Part shown: positions 47,462-51,107 of the stretch, in pieces | Position numbering within the stretch: position 1 is the stretch's first letter | How the letters are laid out: every line of letters starts with the position of its first letter | Assembly (NCBI GenBank): GCA_965368815.1 | Contig: CBDUOH010000004.1 | Coordinates: 1-51,107 of the forward strand | Origin: an uncultured Acidimicrobiia bacterium | GTDB taxonomy: Bacteria; Actinomycetota; Acidimicrobiia; Spongiisociales; UBA5794 | DNA length: 51,107 bases | Reading direction: 5' to 3' | The notes under the pieces: generated by a model | What the model was told of the DNA's origin: nothing | Seen by the model: the letters and a program-made list of their open reading frames with translations, nothing else | The model's database searches: none | Position numbers and translations under genes: made by a program

Positions 47462-48390
47462 GAGTCCTCCTCGTGGTCTTGGGTGAGGTCGAGGAAGATG
47501 GACTCGAGGTTGGCCGACTCCAAGCGCAGCCCGCGCAGGAACCTTCCGGCGGATGCGAGTACCCGGGTGACCTCGCTTGCGTTGTCACTGCCGGCCTCGA
47601 CGATGAGCGCGTCGGGATCGGCGGACAGTCGGCCACTGAAACCTGCCGCAGTGAGAACATCGAGTGCCCCCGGGGCGTCGTCGATGGTGACCAGCAGCGT
47701 TCCGCCACCGTTCGCCAGCACGTCGGACACGCGCCCGGACGCGATGAGCCGCCCGCGGTTGACGATGGCGACCGAATCACACATCAGCTGCACCTCGGCG
47801 AGTTGATGACTCGAAACCAGCACGGTCGATCCCGACGCTCCGTAGCGTCGGATCAGCTCCCGCATGTCCTTGATGCCGGCGGGATCGAGGCCGTTCGCCG
47901 GTTCGTCGAGCACCAGAAGCTCCGGATTCTTGAGGATCGCGCCTGCGACGGCGAGGCGTTGCTTCATCCCGAGCGAGTACGCGCCGTACTTGTCGTCGGC
48001 GCGGCTTGCCAATCCGACCTCGTGGAGCGCCTTCCCGACGGCATCGGTCCCCAACCCGCGCATCGAGGCAAGAAGTTCAAGGTTGAGTCTTCCCGAGAAC
48101 CCGGGGGAGAACTTCGGCGACTCGACAAGAGCGCCGACCCTGTCCATGACCGCCGAGAGATCGTCCGTTGTATCCGTGCCGAGCAACCGGACGGCACCGG
48201 CTGTGGGGGTGACCAGTCCGAGCAAGCAGCGGATGGTGGTCGTCTTGCCAGCGCCGTTGGGTCCGAGAAAACCGAACACGCCACCCTTGGGAACATCAAG
48301 ATCGAGCGACTCGATGGCAACGGTGGACCCCCCACGGAGCCCTGTGTACACCTTGCGCAGCGCGCGGATCTCAATTGCCGACTCGGTCAA
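47458..48390 (-). CDS. ABC exporter ATP-binding protein
   Basis: GFLGPNGAGKTT, YSLGMKQRL, LDEPANGLDPAG. Confidence 0.95.
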   Translation of the reverse strand: MTESAIEIRALRKVYTGLRGGSTVAIESLDLDVPKGGVFGFLGPNGAGKTTTIRCLLGLVTPTAGAVRLLGTDTTDDLSAVMDRVGALVESPKFSPGFSGRLNLELLASMRGLGTDAVGKALHEVGLASRADDKYGAYSLGMKQRLAVAGAILKNPELLVLDEPANGLDPAGIKDMRELIRRYGASGSTVLVSSHQLAEVQLMCDSVAIVNRGRLIASGRVSDVLANGGGTLLVTIDDAPGALDVLTAAGFSGRLSADPDALIVEAGSDNASEVTRVLASAGRFLRGLRLESANLESIFLDLTQDHEEDS

Positions 48391-48490
48391 TCACCCCACC
48401 TTGGTAGCGCCAGATTCTACCGGTGGGTCGCGTACACAGTCGTCGAATTGAAGCCGATTCTTGGACCACCAGCGAAGGAACCCCGCCCGA

Positions 48491-48724
48491 TCACAGGTCG
48501 CCGGGGTCCTTCATGTCGGGATCATTTCGTCTCCGCTCGTCCTCTTGGCGTTTGCGGTCCCAGTAGTCGCGGTAGGCCTTCTTGCGCGTGTTGCGGATCA
48601 TGAGCCACAGGGCAACGATGGCTGCAGCCATGAGCACCCAGACGACCCACTCTCCACCGCTGCCATCAGGCAGGTTCGCCTCGGCTCCAAGGATGCTGAT
48701 TGCGATGTTTTGAACTCCATGCAT
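48491..48724 (-). CDS. Small single-pass membrane protein
   Basis: One TM plus a charged tail; TAGGCT 6 nt before the ATG. Confidence 0.75.
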   Translation of the reverse strand: MHGVQNIAISILGAEANLPDGSGGEWVVWVLMAAAIVALWLMIRNTRKKAYRDYWDRKRQEDERRRNDPDMKDPGDL

Positions 48725-48759
48725 CCACCTAGCCTACGGTGCGATCCAGGGGAGGTCAT

Positions 48760-49989
48760 GTGGCCAAGACCGTCACGCTGATCAGGCACGCCGAAACCAA
48801 CGCCAACGCCGAGCAGAGGTGGCAGGGCAACACGGACTCGGGGATCTCCGCGCGTGGGAAGATCCAGATCGAGCGGCTCGCCGAGCGGGTTCGGTCCTGG
48901 TCACCGACGGTTGTCTACTCCTCGGACATGCCGCGCACGATGGAAACGTCGCAAGCACTCGGCGGCGGTATCCCGACCCCTGGATTCCGCGAGTTCGGTG
49001 TGGGGATCTGGGAGGGTCTCACGTCTTCTGAGATAGCTGAGCGCTATCCCGACGAGTGGCAGGCATTCTTGCGCTGGGAGGATGTTGCGCCTGGCGGGGG
49101 CGAACAGCTGTCACTGTTCTCACGCCGAGTGAACGCAGCATTCGAACAGGTCATCAGCGACCTCGACGACGGTGGGCACGCTGTCGTCGTCGCCCACGGA
49201 GGGGTCATCTGGGATCTACTCGGGACGATCGCCGGAGTCGGGGGTGGTGGATCGATGATCCCGTCCCACAACACGGGGATTTCGAAGGTCACGATCCACA
49301 GCTCGGGAGCCCGAACGATCACCACCTTCAACGATGCGACCCATATCGAAGAACCTCGGGCACAGTTCGGCCCCGAGGGTCGGAAGCTCACGTTTGTGCG
49401 CCACGGGCAGAGTCACGGGAACGTTGCCGGAACCTGGGATGCAAGCACGGACACCACGCTCACCGAACTCGGACAACAACAAGCCATGGCTGCTGCGGCG
49501 TATGTTCCTGCGGTGCGGTCGTTGTTCAGTTCACCGATGAAGCGAACGAGCCAGACCGCCGAGATCATCGGATCGAAAGTCAACGCAACGGTCACCAAGG
49601 ACGAAGGATTGGTCGAGATGTCGTTCGGAGCGTGGGAGGGGTTGACCACCGAACAGATCGCGCAACAGTATTCGGACGACATCCAGGCATATGAGAGCGG
49701 GGACACCGATCACCTACCCAGGGGCGGTACCGGCGAATCGCTGGTCGGTGCGGGGATCCGGATGCGTGCCACAGCCGAGCGACTCGCCGCAACCGTCGGA
49801 TCCGAGCCGTACGCAGCCGTCTCACATGGCGCGGCGATCAGGGCCCTTGCGGTCAACGTCCTTGGCATCAAGAACGCAGGTCGGGGGAAGATCGCTATTC
49901 CGCACAACACCGCGATGTCGAGCTTCCTCATGACCGGGTCGTCCATGTTCCTCGAGTCGTTCAACGTCGCGCCACACCTCGAGGCGTAG
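48760..49989 (+). CDS. Tandem two-domain histidine phosphatase (phosphoglycerate mutase family)
   Basis: RHAET...VAHGG and RHGQS...VSHGA domains; GGAGG RBS before GTG. Confidence 0.9.
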   Translation: MAKTVTLIRHAETNANAEQRWQGNTDSGISARGKIQIERLAERVRSWSPTVVYSSDMPRTMETSQALGGGIPTPGFREFGVGIWEGLTSSEIAERYPDEWQAFLRWEDVAPGGGEQLSLFSRRVNAAFEQVISDLDDGGHAVVVAHGGVIWDLLGTIAGVGGGGSMIPSHNTGISKVTIHSSGARTITTFNDATHIEEPRAQFGPEGRKLTFVRHGQSHGNVAGTWDASTDTTLTELGQQQAMAAAAYVPAVRSLFSSPMKRTSQTAEIIGSKVNATVTKDEGLVEMSFGAWEGLTTEQIAQQYSDDIQAYESGDTDHLPRGGTGESLVGAGIRMRATAERLAATVGSEPYAAVSHGAAIRALAVNVLGIKNAGRGKIAIPHNTAMSSFLMTGSSMFLESFNVAPHLEA

Positions 49990-49993
49990 CCGA

Positions 49994-51061
49994 ATGCGTC
50001 TTCTGGTCATCACCAACGACTATCCGCCGAAACCGGGCGGGATCCAGATGTACCTGCGGAACCTTGTCGATGCATATCCCGATCCCGTCCATGTGTTTGC
50101 ACCGAGCGACCCCGGCGCCGAGGCAGGGGAAGAGGGCGTGACCCGGGGCGCACGCGCCTGGATGCTGCCGACCCCCTCGGTCCGCCGGCGGGTCAGCGAC
50201 GTCGTGGATCGATTCCGACCCGATGCGGTGCTGTTCGGTGCTCCACACCCACTCACTTCACTCGGGCCCGGGATTCGGGAGGAGTTCGACATCCCGTTCG
50301 GTGTCCTGAGTCACGGAGCCGAGATCACGATTCCGGGTGCGCTCCCTCTCGTGGGCGGACGGCTCGGGCGGGCCCTTGCCAAGGCAGATGTGAGGTTCGC
50401 TGTCAGCAGGTTCACCGCCAACAAGGTCGAGCGGCTCGCCGGTGCACCGTGTGTGTTCATGGGCGCGGGCGTCGAGATCGATACGTTCACGCCTGCGGAA
50501 CATCCGCCGTCCAATCGCGTGCCGGTGATCGGTTGTGTCAGTCGGTTCGTGCCCCGCAAAGGGCAGGAACGGGTACTCGAGGCAGCGGCGATGCTCGATC
50601 GGGAGGTTGAAGTACTGCTTGTCGGGAAAGGGCGCACTGAGGGGCGGCTCCGCAAGAAGGCGGCATCGCTGGGAATCACGACCCGTTTCGCAGTCGACGT
50701 GCCGTGGGAGGATCTGGCTGAGCTGTATCGGGGAATGGACGTATTCGTCATGCCGTGCCGGTCACGACTCGGAGGGCTTGAGGTCGAAGGACTCGGGCTG
50801 GTCTTTCTCGAAGCATCAGCGTCCGGTCTGCCGGTGATCGCAGGTGATTCCGGTGGCTCCCCCGAAACCGTGCAGGAGGGTCGGACTGGGTTCGTAGCGA
50901 CATCGGCTCCCGACATCGCACGACATCTCGCAACCCTCCTCGATGACCCGTCAGCGGCCCGTCGGATGGGTGCGGCGGGACGCGATTTCGTCGTCGCCGA
51001 GTTCACCTGGGAACGGGTGGTCGACCGGATGCGCGAGGGATTTGCCGCGCATATCCGTTAG
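49994..51061 (+). CDS. GT4 glycosyltransferase (PimB-like mannosyltransferase)
   Basis: LVITNDYPPKPGGIQ, SRFVPRKGQ, EGLGLVFLEASASGLPVIAGDSGG. Confidence 0.9.
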   Translation: MRLLVITNDYPPKPGGIQMYLRNLVDAYPDPVHVFAPSDPGAEAGEEGVTRGARAWMLPTPSVRRRVSDVVDRFRPDAVLFGAPHPLTSLGPGIREEFDIPFGVLSHGAEITIPGALPLVGGRLGRALAKADVRFAVSRFTANKVERLAGAPCVFMGAGVEIDTFTPAEHPPSNRVPVIGCVSRFVPRKGQERVLEAAAMLDREVEVLLVGKGRTEGRLRKKAASLGITTRFAVDVPWEDLAELYRGMDVFVMPCRSRLGGLEVEGLGLVFLEASASGLPVIAGDSGGSPETVQEGRTGFVATSAPDIARHLATLLDDPSAARRMGAAGRDFVVAEFTWERVVDRMREGFAAHIR

Positions 51062-51082
51062 GTTCCGCCCCGCATGTCTCCC

Positions 51083-51107
51083 TTGACACTGCGGGCAACC
51101 TGTCGTA
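51083..51107 (+). promoter_or_regulatory. Possible sigma70 promoter for a gene beyond the window
   Basis: TTGACA, a 17-nt spacer, then TA at the window edge. Confidence 0.45.

Overview
High-GC, gene-dense chromosomal window, most likely from an actinobacterium and probably Acidimicrobiia-like. This is inferred from the Rv3654c/DUF4244-type Tad locus, a Nur regulator, a PimB-like glycosyltransferase and many leaderless TANNNT promoters. In order, it carries tldD-tldE plus a small coupled gene, a patch of small genes and a His-tailed thioredoxin. These are followed by a complete System I cytochrome c maturation operon (ccmABCDEFHIG), a TetR/SRPBCC pair and pepN. Next is a 5.4-kb ApbE/ferric-reductase-like/two-component module bracketed by 59-bp direct repeats, then nur with an ECF nickel/cobalt transporter and a Nur-type box, hutHUI, leuCD and ArsR-MFS. 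The last part holds a HAD-Tad pilus locus, trkAH, a K+-dependent membrane pyrophosphatase, an ABC exporter, and a tandem histidine phosphatase with a GT4. I saw no rRNA, tRNA, CRISPR array, integrase or transposase. The strongest lead is a small minus-strand gene (5169->4963) whose apparent TGA stop follows CCGNHGEPGC. That TGA is directly followed by a SECIS-like hairpin and reads on in frame into a His-rich tail (PGC-U-VGPDEPGSGSHGHDHHH), making it a candidate selenocysteine microprotein next to a thioredoxin. All family assignments come from motif recognition by eye; no searches were run.
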